A stretch of 64,000 nt of DNA from an uncultured Actinomycetota bacterium (lineage in GTDB: Bacteria > Actinomycetota > Actinomycetes > CAVWCF01), in NCBI GenBank assembly GCA_963753435.1, contig CAVWCF010000001.1:1248001-1312000 (forward strand), read 5' to 3'. A program made the translations under genes and the position numbers. The notes below the pieces were generated by a model. That model did not search any database. It was not told the origin of the DNA and was given only the letters and a program-made list of their open reading frames with translations. Below are positions 36,975 through 46,470 of this stretch, piece after piece (the first letter of the stretch is position 1; the number at the start of each line of letters is the position of its first letter).

Positions 36975-38936
36975 GTGGCAGACGAGGCGTTGGAAAACCT
37001 GCTCACCGAGAGCCGCAGTTTTCCGCCACCACCGGATCTGGCCGCCAACGCCAATGCCACTGCCGACTTCTACGAGGCCGCGGCCAGCGACCGATTGGAC
37101 TTCTGGGCCGAGCAGGCCGGCCACCTGAAGTGGGAGCAGCCCTGGACACAGGTGCTGGATTGGACTGAGGCGCCCTTCGCCCGCTGGTTCGTCGGCGGGC
37201 GGCTCAACGTCTCGGTCAACTGCCTCGATCGCCATGTGGAGGCCGGTCACGGTGACCAGGTCGCGATCCACTTCGAAGGCGAACCCGGCGACACCCGCAC
37301 CATCACCTACTCCGACCTGCTGGCCGAGGTGAGCCGCACGGCGCACGCGCTGACCGAACTCGGAGTGCGCGCCGGCGACCGCGTCGCGATCTATCTGCCG
37401 ATGATCCCGGAGGCGGCGGTGGCGATGCTTGCCTGCGCGCGGCTGGGAGCAGCGCACTCAGTGGTCTTCGGCGGTTTCAGCGCCGAAGCCCTGCGTTCGA
37501 GGATCGAGGACGCGTCCGCATCCGTTGTGATCACTGCCGACGGCGGCTACCGCCGTGGCAAGCCGATGGCCTTGAAGCCGGCGGTCGATGAGGCGGTTGC
37601 CGGTGCTGAGTCGGTCCGCCATGTGCTGGTCGTGCAACGGACCGGCCAGGAGGTCGACTTCGAACCGGGGCGGGACGTCTGGTGGCATGACATCGTGCCG
37701 CGCCAGTCCGCCGAGCATGCGGCCGAATCCTTCGACGCCGAGCACCCGCTGTTCATCCTGTACACGTCAGGCACCACCGGAAAGCCCAAGGGAATCCTGC
37801 ACACGTCCGGCGGTTACCTGACGCAGGTCGCCTACACCCACCGTGCGGTCTTCGACCTGAAACCGGACACCGACGTGTACTGGTGCAGCGCCGACATCGG
37901 CTGGGTGACCGGGCACAGCTACATCGTCTACGGGCCGCTGGCCAACCGGGCGACTTCGGTCATGTACGAGGGGACCCCGGACACGCCGCACCGCGGCCGT
38001 TGGTGGGAGCTCGTGGAGAAGTACTCCGTTTCGCTCTTCTACACCGCGCCGACGGCGATCCGGACCTTCATGCGTTGGGGAGATGACATCCCCGAGCAGT
38101 TCGACCTTTCCAGCCTGCGGCTGCTTGGCAGCGTCGGTGAACCGATCAACCCTGAAGCCTGGATGTGGTACCGGCGCGTTATCGGCTCGGACCGTTGCCC
38201 GATCGTCGACACGTGGTGGCAGACCGAAACCGGCGCCATCATGATCAGCCCACTGCCGGGCGTCAGTTCCGCCAAACCAGGATCTGCGATGGGGCCGCTG
38301 CCCGGCATCGGCGCCGACGTCGTCGACAAGGACGGCACCCCCGTACCAAATGGCCACGGCGGCTTCCTGATCCTCACCGAACCCTGGCCGTCGATGCTGC
38401 GCGGCATCTGGGGGGACAACCAGCGCTACGTAGACACGTACTGGTCGGAGTATCCGGGCCGCTACTTCGCCGGCGATGGCGCCAAGAAGGACGCTGACGG
38501 TGACCTGTGGCTGCTCGGCCGCGTCGACGATGTCATGAACGTCTCCGGACACCGGATCTCCACGACCGAGGTGGAGTCGGCCCTGGTCAGCCACCCCGCG
38601 GTGGCCGAAGCCGCGGTGGTCGGAGCAGCCGATGAGGTCACCGGCCAAGGCATCGTTGCCTTCGTCATTCCGCGCAGTACCGCGGAGGGCACGACGGAGG
38701 GCCCCGAATTCGTCGCAACGCTGCGCGCACACGTGGCCGCCGAGATCGGGCCGATCGCCAAGCCGCGGCAGATCCTGGTCGTGCCCGAACTACCCAAGAC
38801 CCGCTCTGGCAAGATCATGCGCAGACTGCTTCGGGATGTGGCCGACAACCGCAACCTCGGGGACGTGACCACGCTGGCTGATCCAGCCGTCATGAGTCTG
38901 ATCGAGCAGAAGTTGCCGACCTCGACGGAGGACTGA
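36975..38936 (+). CDS. acs: Acetyl-CoA synthetase
   Basis: YTSGTTGKPKG, GEPIN, DTWWQTETG and LPKTRSGKIMRR. GGAGG RBS before GTG 36975. Confidence 0.97.
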   Translation: MADEALENLLTESRSFPPPPDLAANANATADFYEAAASDRLDFWAEQAGHLKWEQPWTQVLDWTEAPFARWFVGGRLNVSVNCLDRHVEAGHGDQVAIHFEGEPGDTRTITYSDLLAEVSRTAHALTELGVRAGDRVAIYLPMIPEAAVAMLACARLGAAHSVVFGGFSAEALRSRIEDASASVVITADGGYRRGKPMALKPAVDEAVAGAESVRHVLVVQRTGQEVDFEPGRDVWWHDIVPRQSAEHAAESFDAEHPLFILYTSGTTGKPKGILHTSGGYLTQVAYTHRAVFDLKPDTDVYWCSADIGWVTGHSYIVYGPLANRATSVMYEGTPDTPHRGRWWELVEKYSVSLFYTAPTAIRTFMRWGDDIPEQFDLSSLRLLGSVGEPINPEAWMWYRRVIGSDRCPIVDTWWQTETGAIMISPLPGVSSAKPGSAMGPLPGIGADVVDKDGTPVPNGHGGFLILTEPWPSMLRGIWGDNQRYVDTYWSEYPGRYFAGDGAKKDADGDLWLLGRVDDVMNVSGHRISTTEVESALVSHPAVAEAAVVGAADEVTGQGIVAFVIPRSTAEGTTEGPEFVATLRAHVAAEIGPIAKPRQILVVPELPKTRSGKIMRRLLRDVADNRNLGDVTTLADPAVMSLIEQKLPTSTED

Positions 38937-38943
38937 CACCGCA

Positions 38944-40290
38944 ATGGCTGCGCCGCCGCCCCCCGAGGTGCTGTTCGAGCAGCCGTCCTCGCGGGAGCGA
39001 CGCTTCCTCGGCGACATCCTGCGGCAGGAGACCGTCGGCGGCGCGATCATGCTCGCCGCGGCGGCCCTCGGCCTGGTGCTGGCAAACACCGCTGCGGTCG
39101 ACTGGTACCAGTCCGTGCAGAACTACGTCATCGGCCCCGAGGCGCTGAACCTGGACCTGCCGCTGAGTAAGTGGGCGGCGGACGGGCTACTGGCCATCTT
39201 CTTCTTCATCGCCGGGCTGGAACTCAAGCGCGAGGTGGTTCTGGGCAGCCTGCGCCGGCCCGCGGCGGCGGCGGTACCGATCGCCGCGGCCATCGGCGGG
39301 ATGGTTGCCCCGGCCCTCATCTACTCAGCCTGGACCCGACTGGACGGCATCGCGGCTGAGGGCTGGGCCATCCCCACCGCAACTGACATCGCCTTCGCTC
39401 TTGCCATTCTCGCAATCGCCGGCACCCATCTGCCGTCGGCCATGCGCGCGTTCCTGCTCACCTTGGCGATCGTCGACGACGTCCTCGCCATCATCATCAT
39501 CGCGGTCTTCTTCACCGATGCGCTGATCCTCTGGCCGCTGGCGGTCGCGGCCGTGCTGTGCCTCGTCTACTGGCTGCTGCAGCAGCGACACGTTCGGGCC
39601 TGGTACGTGTACGTGCCAATCGCTTTGACCGTCTGGGCGCTGTTCCACGAGTCCGGGGTGCACGCAACGGTCGCCGGTGTCGTACTCGGCCTGCTCACCA
39701 AGGTGCGGCCCGGACCCGGCGAGACCGTCTCCCCGGCGGAGCGGCTGGAACACGACTTGCGGCCGGTGTCGGCGGGCTTCGCGGTTCCGGTGTTCGCCTT
39801 CTTGTCGGCCGGAGTCGTGCTGACCGGAGGCAAGATCGGCAACGTCTTGGCCGACCCCATCTCGCAGGGCGTCATCCTCGGCCTAGTCGTGGGCAAGCTG
39901 ATCGGTGTCTTCAGCGGCGCATTCCTGGTGGCGAAGCTCACGCGCGCTCAGTTGAGCAAGAACCTCGTGTGGGGCGACGTCGCCGGGCTGGCGATGGTCT
40001 CTGGCATCGGGTTCACGGTTTCGCTGCTGATCGCCGAATTGGCGTTCGAGTCCGACCTGACCGAACTGGACAACTCCAAGGTCGGCGTGCTGATCGGATC
40101 CGTCATCTCCGCTGTGATCGCGCTGGTGATCCTGCGGCTACGCAACCGGGTGTACCGACAGTTGGCGGCCGAGGAGACATACTCCGAGACGCCCGACACG
40201 CCTTCCGCCATGCTTGGGGACAACCCGGGCAAGCCAGACGATGCCGGGCCGCAGCCCGGAACGCGCGATGAGAAAGGAGCGTCCCCATGA
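38944..40290 (+). CDS. nhaA: Na+/H+ antiporter
   Basis: DGLLAIFFF..GLELKRE, GWAIPTATDIAF, LAIVDD and GIGFTVSL. Confidence 0.96.
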   Translation: MAAPPPPEVLFEQPSSRERRFLGDILRQETVGGAIMLAAAALGLVLANTAAVDWYQSVQNYVIGPEALNLDLPLSKWAADGLLAIFFFIAGLELKREVVLGSLRRPAAAAVPIAAAIGGMVAPALIYSAWTRLDGIAAEGWAIPTATDIAFALAILAIAGTHLPSAMRAFLLTLAIVDDVLAIIIIAVFFTDALILWPLAVAAVLCLVYWLLQQRHVRAWYVYVPIALTVWALFHESGVHATVAGVVLGLLTKVRPGPGETVSPAERLEHDLRPVSAGFAVPVFAFLSAGVVLTGGKIGNVLADPISQGVILGLVVGKLIGVFSGAFLVAKLTRAQLSKNLVWGDVAGLAMVSGIGFTVSLLIAELAFESDLTELDNSKVGVLIGSVISAVIALVILRLRNRVYRQLAAEETYSETPDTPSAMLGDNPGKPDDAGPQPGTRDEKGASP

Positions 40291-40778
40291 GCGACAGCCA
40301 GAATGGCGCTACCGGCACCGACCGAACACTCTCCGACGCCTCCATCGGCGAACTGGTCTCGCAGGCCACCTCGGACCTACAAGCGCTGGTGCAGTCGAAC
40401 ATCGACCTGGCCAAGGCCGAGATGCGCGAGTCCGCCCAGCGCGGCGCGACCGGCGGCGCCCTGGTCGCCGTTGCCGTGGGGCTCATCGTCCTTGTCGGCC
40501 TACTGCTGACCTTCGCTGCGGTCTACGGGCTGGTGGCCGCCGGCTTGGCCGTGTGGGCCGCGTTCTTGATCATCGCCGGCATCTACCTGCTCATCGCATT
40601 GATTCTGGCTGGGATCGCTGCGGCCTTCTTCAAGCGAATGAAGGGGCCGGAGCAGGCCAAAGCCCAGGCCCAGGAGACCGTCGACGCGCTGAAGAGTTCG
40701 GTGTCCGCAGGCGCGGCGGCAGCGCACGGTGAGCCGGTGCTGCCCACGCCGGAGCCCGCTTCCCAGCCGTCCGCCTGA
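40287..40778 (+). CDS. Two-TM membrane protein (Rv3669-like, 'phage holin' superfamily III)
   Basis: SIGELV....DL..LV..IDLAKAEM followed by two TM helices, in conserved synteny. Confidence 0.85.
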   Translation: MSDSQNGATGTDRTLSDASIGELVSQATSDLQALVQSNIDLAKAEMRESAQRGATGGALVAVAVGLIVLVGLLLTFAAVYGLVAAGLAVWAAFLIIAGIYLLIALILAGIAAAFFKRMKGPEQAKAQAQETVDALKSSVSAGAAAAHGEPVLPTPEPASQPSA

Positions 40779-40783
40779 AGGCG

Positions 40784-41677
40784 GTGCTCCCAGACCCCGT
40801 CCTGCGCCCTCCGGGTTGGTCCCACCGTGAGGTCAGCGCCAACGGCGCCCGGTTCCATGTGGTCGTGGAAGGCAGCGGCCCAGCCGTGCTGTTGCTGCAC
40901 GGCTTCCCCATGTTCTGGTGGACCTGGCGCGAACAGATCCGGGCCCTGGCCGCAGGCGGCTTCACTGCCATCGCGATGGACCTGCGCGGCGCCGGCGGTA
41001 GCGACAAACCACCCCGCGGCTACGACCCGCTGACCCTGGCCCTGGACGCAGCTGGGGTGCTGCGTTCACTGGGACACAACTCTGCGGCCGTGGTCGGCAG
41101 CGGATTCGGCGGCCTGCTGGCGTGGACGTTGTCGGCTGCAGCCCCCGACCTCGTCGACAAGGCCGCCATCGTCTCCAGCCCGCACCCACACGACCTACGC
41201 CGCGCGCTGCGATCGCCGGCCTACCTGCGCTCCAACAAGCACCTGCTGCAGTACCAGGTGCCGATGGCACCGGAGCGATCGTTGGTCGCCGATGACGCCG
41301 CTGAAGTGCACCGGATCCTGACCGAATGGTCCGGTCCAGGTGGCTGGCCGGACGCGGCGGCCGCTGACACCTACCGCCAGGCGATGCTGCAGTCCCCCAC
41401 AGCGTTCTGCTGGATGGAGACGTTCCGGTGGCTGATCCGCAGCCTGCCGCGCTCGGATGGGCGCCGGTGGATGCGTCGTACGGCCGCCCCACTCCGGCAG
41501 CCAGTGCTGCTGCTCGACGGCGCCGACGACCCCTTGACCGCCCCGAACCTGGATGCCAGCCGGTGGCTTGCCGGACCGGTACGCACCCACACCCTGCGCG
41601 ACGTCGGTCACTTCGCCCAGGAGGAGGCCGCCGATCAGGTGTCGACCGCGCTGCTGGAGTTCCTGACCACCGGGTAG
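40784..41677 (+). CDS. Alpha/beta hydrolase, epoxide-hydrolase-like (Rv3670-like)
   Basis: LLHGFPMFWWTWR, DLRG.GGSDKPP and GHF.QEE. The nucleophile elbow reads GSGFGG instead of GHDWGG. Confidence 0.88.
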   Translation: MLPDPVLRPPGWSHREVSANGARFHVVVEGSGPAVLLLHGFPMFWWTWREQIRALAAGGFTAIAMDLRGAGGSDKPPRGYDPLTLALDAAGVLRSLGHNSAAVVGSGFGGLLAWTLSAAAPDLVDKAAIVSSPHPHDLRRALRSPAYLRSNKHLLQYQVPMAPERSLVADDAAEVHRILTEWSGPGGWPDAAAADTYRQAMLQSPTAFCWMETFRWLIRSLPRSDGRRWMRRTAAPLRQPVLLLDGADDPLTAPNLDASRWLAGPVRTHTLRDVGHFAQEEAADQVSTALLEFLTTG

Positions 41678-41699
41678 TCGACCCGGGTAGTCGACCCGG
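41671..41699. repeat. 13-bp tandem duplication CGGGTAGTCGACC x2 spanning the stop codon
   Basis: Read directly at 41671-41683 and 41684-41696. Confidence 0.85.
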
Positions 41700-41731
41700 C
41701 TATTCGAACTGACCAACCCGCCAGGCCTACG

Positions 41732-42904
41732 TCAGACGCACGGCCCGCTGGAGACCTCGGCCCCGGTCCGTACCCCGGCCGCCGCGGCTGGTGCGACCTC
41801 CCCTGTCGAAAGCGCGTAGCCGGTCTCAGCGTCGGTCGTGCTCGCGGCGAAGATCACCCCAACCACTCGACCGTCGGCGGCCAGAAGTGGGCCGCCGGAG
41901 TTGCCCGGACGCACCTCCGCGCGCACGGACACCACTTCCCGGGCCACCGACTCCTCGGAGTAGATGTCCTCACCCAGCGCGCGGATCGTTCCGCGCACGC
42001 GCGCGGGCGTCGCGACGAGCGGGCCGTCGCCGGGGAAGCCGGCTACTACCGCGTCCTCGCCACGCTCGACGTCGGGGTCGAACGCCAGGACCGCGGCAGT
42101 CAATCCCGGTACCGCCAGCACGGCGACGTCGCGATCGGGGTCGAACACCACAACTCGCGCGGCCAAACGCGGGCCCACGCCACTGACCTGAACCAGCGGC
42201 TCCGCCACCCCGGCGACCACGTGCGCATTCGTCATGACCCGTTCGGACGCGTAGACGAAGCCACTGCCCTCCAGGCCGCGGTCGCAGGCGATACCAGTCA
42301 CCTTCACCAGGCTGCCGGCCGCGGCCGCAACAACCGGATCGGCGACGGTCACGTCCGGCTCGGGAACGGGGACGATCTGCTCCAGGCCGAACGGGCCGAA
42401 GACCTTCGGGAAGCCGGACGCGTCCACGACGGACTCGAACGAACTCACCAGGTCCTGGGCCGTCGCCGGCAAGGCCCGGTCCACCGCGGCCAGAACCCTG
42501 GATCGCTGCAGCGGTCCGCCAAGGCCGGGCCCGGTCACCTCCACGAGCAAGCTGGCCACCAGCCAGCACGCCAGCAGCAGGCCGGCGACGCTGATGGCGG
42601 ACCCGCCCAGGGAGTCCACCACCCGCGCCGGGCGTGACTCGACGGAGTCGCGCGCGCGACCGGCCAACGCTGAGCCGAGCAACTGCAGGCCGACGGCGGC
42701 GCCGAGAACGATCGCCACGGCCAGCAACGACTGCACCAACCCCGGCTCGCTGCCGCCCAGGATCAGCGGCGCCAGCCAGAGGCCGAGCGCGCCACCGATC
42801 AGGAAACCGACCAATCCGGCCGCACCCACGAGCAACCCCTGGCGGTAGCCCATCAGGCCGGCCAGAACCACCCCGGCGATCAACAGCAGGTCGACGGGAG
42901 TCAT
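41732..42904 (-). CDS. marP: MarP family membrane serine protease (CvpA domain + trypsin domain)
   Basis: Four TMs, then EGSGFV, TNAHVVAG, D.A.L and PGNSGGPL. Confidence 0.92.
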   Translation of the reverse strand: MTPVDLLLIAGVVLAGLMGYRQGLLVGAAGLVGFLIGGALGLWLAPLILGGSEPGLVQSLLAVAIVLGAAVGLQLLGSALAGRARDSVESRPARVVDSLGGSAISVAGLLLACWLVASLLVEVTGPGLGGPLQRSRVLAAVDRALPATAQDLVSSFESVVDASGFPKVFGPFGLEQIVPVPEPDVTVADPVVAAAAGSLVKVTGIACDRGLEGSGFVYASERVMTNAHVVAGVAEPLVQVSGVGPRLAARVVVFDPDRDVAVLAVPGLTAAVLAFDPDVERGEDAVVAGFPGDGPLVATPARVRGTIRALGEDIYSEESVAREVVSVRAEVRPGNSGGPLLAADGRVVGVIFAASTTDAETGYALSTGEVAPAAAAGVRTGAEVSSGPCV

Positions 42905-43551
42905 CGTTGCTCCGGCAGGGGCACGACACGTTCGATGTCCCAGGGCAGTTCCCAGTTCCCTAGGCGCAACAGGCGGTCCAGCAGGCCGCCGGTGAAACCC
43001 CACACGACCATGTCGCGTACCCCGAACGCCGGCCCCACGTATCCGGACGGGTGCCTGATCCGGAAGCGGTTGTCGGGGTTGGTCAGCTCAGCGATGGAGA
43101 CGCGGTGCACGGCGCGCACCTCGTCGGGATGGCCCGGGCTCACGGTGGTGGGTTCGGGCCACCAGCCAAGAACCGGGGTAACGACGTATCCGCTTACCGG
43201 AACCCAGAGCGCGGGCAGCTCGGCGAAAACCCGGACCCCCGCAGGATCCAGGCCGGTCTCCTCCTGAGCCTCACGAACCGCAGTCGCCACCGGCCCCGCG
43301 TCGTCGGGATCCTGCGCGCCACCCGGGAACGCTGGTTGCCCGCTGTGGATTCCGCCGGAGGTGGCCCGCTGAATCAGTAGTACGTCCGGCCCCTGCGCAC
43401 CGACGCCGAAGAGGATCAGGACCGCCGATGCGCGGCCGGCTCCCGGTGACGGCGGCAGGAACCGCGAGAGGTCCTCGGGGCGCACTGACGCCACCGACTC
43501 CGCCAGGGGCAACAACCAGTCGGGCAGATGCGGCGCCGTCGACGAAGTCAT
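42901..43551 (-). CDS. Nudix hydrolase, CoA pyrophosphatase family
   Basis: SAVLILF, HSGQPAFPGG..DP.D.....A.REAQEETGL and VWGFT. Confidence 0.92.
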   Translation of the reverse strand: MTSSTAPHLPDWLLPLAESVASVRPEDLSRFLPPSPGAGRASAVLILFGVGAQGPDVLLIQRATSGGIHSGQPAFPGGAQDPDDAGPVATAVREAQEETGLDPAGVRVFAELPALWVPVSGYVVTPVLGWWPEPTTVSPGHPDEVRAVHRVSIAELTNPDNRFRIRHPSGYVGPAFGVRDMVVWGFTGGLLDRLLRLGNWELPWDIERVVPLPEQR

Positions 43552-44279
43552 CAGGCTGCCGGTTTCGTGCCCTTGAGCATTCGCGCGGCCTTGACCGGAT
43601 CCGTCTCGCCCTCCCCGAAGGCCGGACACAACTGGCTGATCGGGCAGGCCCCGCACGCCGGCCGGCGGGCGAAGCAGCAGCGGCGCCCGTGCCAGATGAG
43701 CCGATGCGACAGCTCGGTCCACTCCTTTCGCGGATACAGGGCCATGAGGTCGGCCTCGACCCGATCGGGATCCGTGTGCGCGGTCAGGCCGAACCGCCGC
43801 GACAGCCGGCCCACGTGGGTATCCACGGTGATGCCGGGAACACCGAATGCGTTGCCGAGCACCACGTTCGCCGTCTTGCGACCGACACCGGGCAGCGTGA
43901 CCAGATCGGCCAGCCGGGCCGGCACCTGGCCACCGAATCGATCGCACAGCGCCTGCGACAGGCCGAGGATCGAGTTGGCCTTGGACCGGAAGAAGCCGGT
44001 GGACCGGATCAGTTCTTCCAGCTCGGCGCGGTCGGCTGCAGCGAACTCCGCGGCGGAGTGGTACCGATCGAACAAGGCCGGCGTCACCGCATTGACCCGC
44101 TCATCGGTGCACTGCGCCGACAGGACGGTGGCCACCAAGAGTTGCAGCGGATCCGCGAAGTCCAACTCGCAGTGGGCGTCCGGGTAGGTCTGGGCCAACT
44201 CCCGGCCGATCCGCCGGGCCCGGCGCACCAGCGCCAACCGGGTTTCGCCGGTGGGGGTGCTCGAGTCGGCCGGATTCAC
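43551..44279 (-). CDS. nth: Endonuclease III
   Basis: [23 protein letters not shown] and the FeS motif C-x6-C-x2-C-x5-C. Confidence 0.97.
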   Translation of the reverse strand: MNPADSSTPTGETRLALVRRARRIGRELAQTYPDAHCELDFADPLQLLVATVLSAQCTDERVNAVTPALFDRYHSAAEFAAADRAELEELIRSTGFFRSKANSILGLSQALCDRFGGQVPARLADLVTLPGVGRKTANVVLGNAFGVPGITVDTHVGRLSRRFGLTAHTDPDRVEADLMALYPRKEWTELSHRLIWHGRRCCFARRPACGACPISQLCPAFGEGETDPVKAARMLKGTKPAA

Positions 44280-44389
44280 CCGAGCAGCGTAAGCGGCGCG
44301 CTCAATCGGCCATTCGTTCTGCCCCGTCCGGGTGAGGCGGGCTCAAGGCGGTTCCCCACTTCCCCGACGCTCATCCCAGGAGGGACACA

Positions 44390-44923
44390 ATGCCGACTTC
44401 ACGCCGCCGCGAGCAGCCACAACGCAGCGCCGCCTTCGCCGGGCTGAGCCTGGATGAAGTGCGCACGTACCGCCGTGGACTGATGGACGAGGAGAGCCGC
44501 GTCTCGTATTGGCGCAGGCTCGTGCAGGCAAGGCGACAACTCCTGGAGAGCTTGGCCAATACCGGGGCTGAACCCAACACCGTGGGTCGCCTGGAGGCCT
44601 TGTCCGGCGCTCTGACGGAAACCCGACCGGCGTCGGGGCGGCTGGCATACCTGAACGTCGCGGTCCCCGAAGGCACCCCACCGCTGCCGGACCTGGAGCG
44701 GCTTTGGGCCGCGGACCCAGCACCTGCCAACCCCGCGGCCGCCGCCGCGCTGGCCAAGGACTTAGCCGCCGCTGAGGAGGCCTTGACCGCCTACCGGCAG
44801 ACCGTGCACCAGCGGCTGGATGAGACCACCGGTGAGTTGGTCGCCCGGTACGCGGAGGACCCAACGTCCTGCTTTGCCGCCCTGCCGGATCCCCCCGCGA
44901 CTGCGGTTGCGCTGCACGCCTGA
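44390..44923 (+). CDS. RsiG/AmfC-like coiled-coil protein (putative anti-sigma factor)
   Basis: LSLDEVR..R.....EE..VSYWRRLVQAR and a second helix EEALTAYRQTVHQRLD....ELVARY. AGGAGG RBS. Confidence 0.72.
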   Translation: MPTSRRREQPQRSAAFAGLSLDEVRTYRRGLMDEESRVSYWRRLVQARRQLLESLANTGAEPNTVGRLEALSGALTETRPASGRLAYLNVAVPEGTPPLPDLERLWAADPAPANPAAAAALAKDLAAAEEALTAYRQTVHQRLDETTGELVARYAEDPTSCFAALPDPPATAVALHA

Positions 44924-44988
44924 CCGCGTTGCGCCAGCATGGCGCCTGGTCGTGGGAGACTCCGAGCGGCCAATCAGGGAGGCGGGCA

Positions 44989-45663
44989 GTGAGCGACGTG
45001 CTGCGGCGGGCGCCGCTGTTCGCCGGACTCAGCGACGACGAGGCTGCGTCGCTGACCGAGCAACTGCGCGAGGTATCCGTTCGAAAGGGCGAGATCCTGT
45101 TCCGCGGCGGCGATCCGGGCGACCGGCTATTCGTGATCCTCGACGGCAAGGTCAAGTTGGGCATCACCTCATCGGATGGCCGCGAGAACCTGCTCGCGGT
45201 CCTTGGTCCGGGGGAGATGTTCGGTGAATTGTCGCTGTTCGACCCGGGCCCACGCACGGCCACGGCGACAGCGCTGACCAACGCCAAATTGACCTCGCTG
45301 GGGCGCGACCGCCTCAACACCTGGCTGAGCGGGCAGCCCGAACTGGCCAGCGCGTTGCTGCAAGCGCTGGCCCGACGGCTGCGGCGTACCAACGAGCAGA
45401 TGGGCGACCTCGTCTTCTCCGACGTGCCTGGACGGGTGGCCAAGGCGCTGCTGGACCTGGGCGAGAAGTTCGGCACGCCCACGGAGGACGGGCTGCACGT
45501 CGTCCACGACATGACCCAGGAGGAGCTGGCCCAACTCGTCGGCGCCTCTCGGGAGACGGTCAACAAGGCTCTGGCCGACTTCGGAAACCGCGGCTGGATC
45601 CGACTGGAGCCCAGGGCGGTCTACTTGCTGGACCTGCCCCGGTTGACCCGACGCGCCGCCTGA
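44989..45663 (+). CDS. crp: cAMP receptor protein (Crp/GlxR)
   Basis: GELSLFDPGPRTATA, LVFSDVPGRVAK and TQEELAQLVGASRETVNKAL. Confidence 0.96.
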   Translation: MSDVLRRAPLFAGLSDDEAASLTEQLREVSVRKGEILFRGGDPGDRLFVILDGKVKLGITSSDGRENLLAVLGPGEMFGELSLFDPGPRTATATALTNAKLTSLGRDRLNTWLSGQPELASALLQALARRLRRTNEQMGDLVFSDVPGRVAKALLDLGEKFGTPTEDGLHVVHDMTQEELAQLVGASRETVNKALADFGNRGWIRLEPRAVYLLDLPRLTRRAA

Positions 45664-45687
45664 GCGGGGCGCCGACGCCCGAAACCT

Positions 45688-45715
45688 GGCCTAGACGTCC
45701 AGGCCTAGACGTCCA
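45688..45715. repeat. 14-bp tandem duplication GGCCTAGACGTCCA x2 spanning the MBL gene stop
   Basis: Read directly at 45688-45701 and 45702-45715. Confidence 0.85.
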
Positions 45716-46470
45716 GACCCAGGTAGTGCATCTGGGCGGCAACCGATCGACCGGCAGCCGGCCACAGATGCTCCGGCACGTCCAGGTAGCAGACGGACAC
45801 GACCTCTTCGACTGTTCGGGCGCCGGCGGCCACGGCTTGACGCACCTGCTCCAGGCGATCGGCACGGTGCTCGCGGTACATCCGCAGGACGCCGACGGGA
45901 TCGGTGATTACCGGGCCATGCCCCGGTAGTGCGGCCGTCAACTGCGCCGCCGCCGTCAGCTCGTGCAGAAGTTGCAGTGAGTCCAGGTAGTCGCCCAGCG
46001 ACCCCTCCGGATGATCGATCAGCGAGGTGCCGCGTCCCAGCACCGTGTCGCCGGTCAGCACGAGGCGCTCCGAAGCAATCAAGAAGCAGACCGAGTCGCG
46101 GGTGTGGCCTGGGGTGGCGAGAACGTCGATCTGCAGGCCCGCGGCGGAGATCCTGCTCGGCAGCTCGGCCGTTCGCAGCGCCGGGTCAGCCGCCAGCAGC
46201 GGTGCACCCGCCGACCTCGCGAACTCCGCTGCGGACGCGGAGTGGTCCGCGTGCGAGTGCGTGAGCAGGACCGCAGCGACCCGCCTGCCGGCAACAACGT
46301 CGGCCACCTGCGACAGGTGATCGGGCTCCTCCGGGCCGGGGTCGACGACAACCACCTCGGCGGACGCGGGTGTCGCCAGGAGCCAGGTGTTGGTGCCGTC
46401 CAGACGTCAGCGGTCCGGGGTTGTCTGCGGTCACGCAGACCGCCACCGCACCGAAGTCGGTCGGCGTCAT
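45705..46470 (-). pseudogene. MBL-fold metallo-hydrolase (LACTB2/Rv3677c-like), +1 frameshift at about 46404
   Basis: THSHADH, PGHT, GD.VLG and PGHG. Removing one base from ACG-T-CTG restores the conserved NPGPLTLDGTNTW. Confidence 0.85.

Noticed and set aside
40287-40778. 'Holin' gene as evidence for a prophage
   Set aside because: It is a conserved chromosomal Rv3669-like gene, and no phage genes are nearby.
43540-43560. Absence of the TlpA thioredoxin gene between nth and the Nudix gene
   Set aside because: That gene is lineage-variable at this locus, so its absence is not informative.
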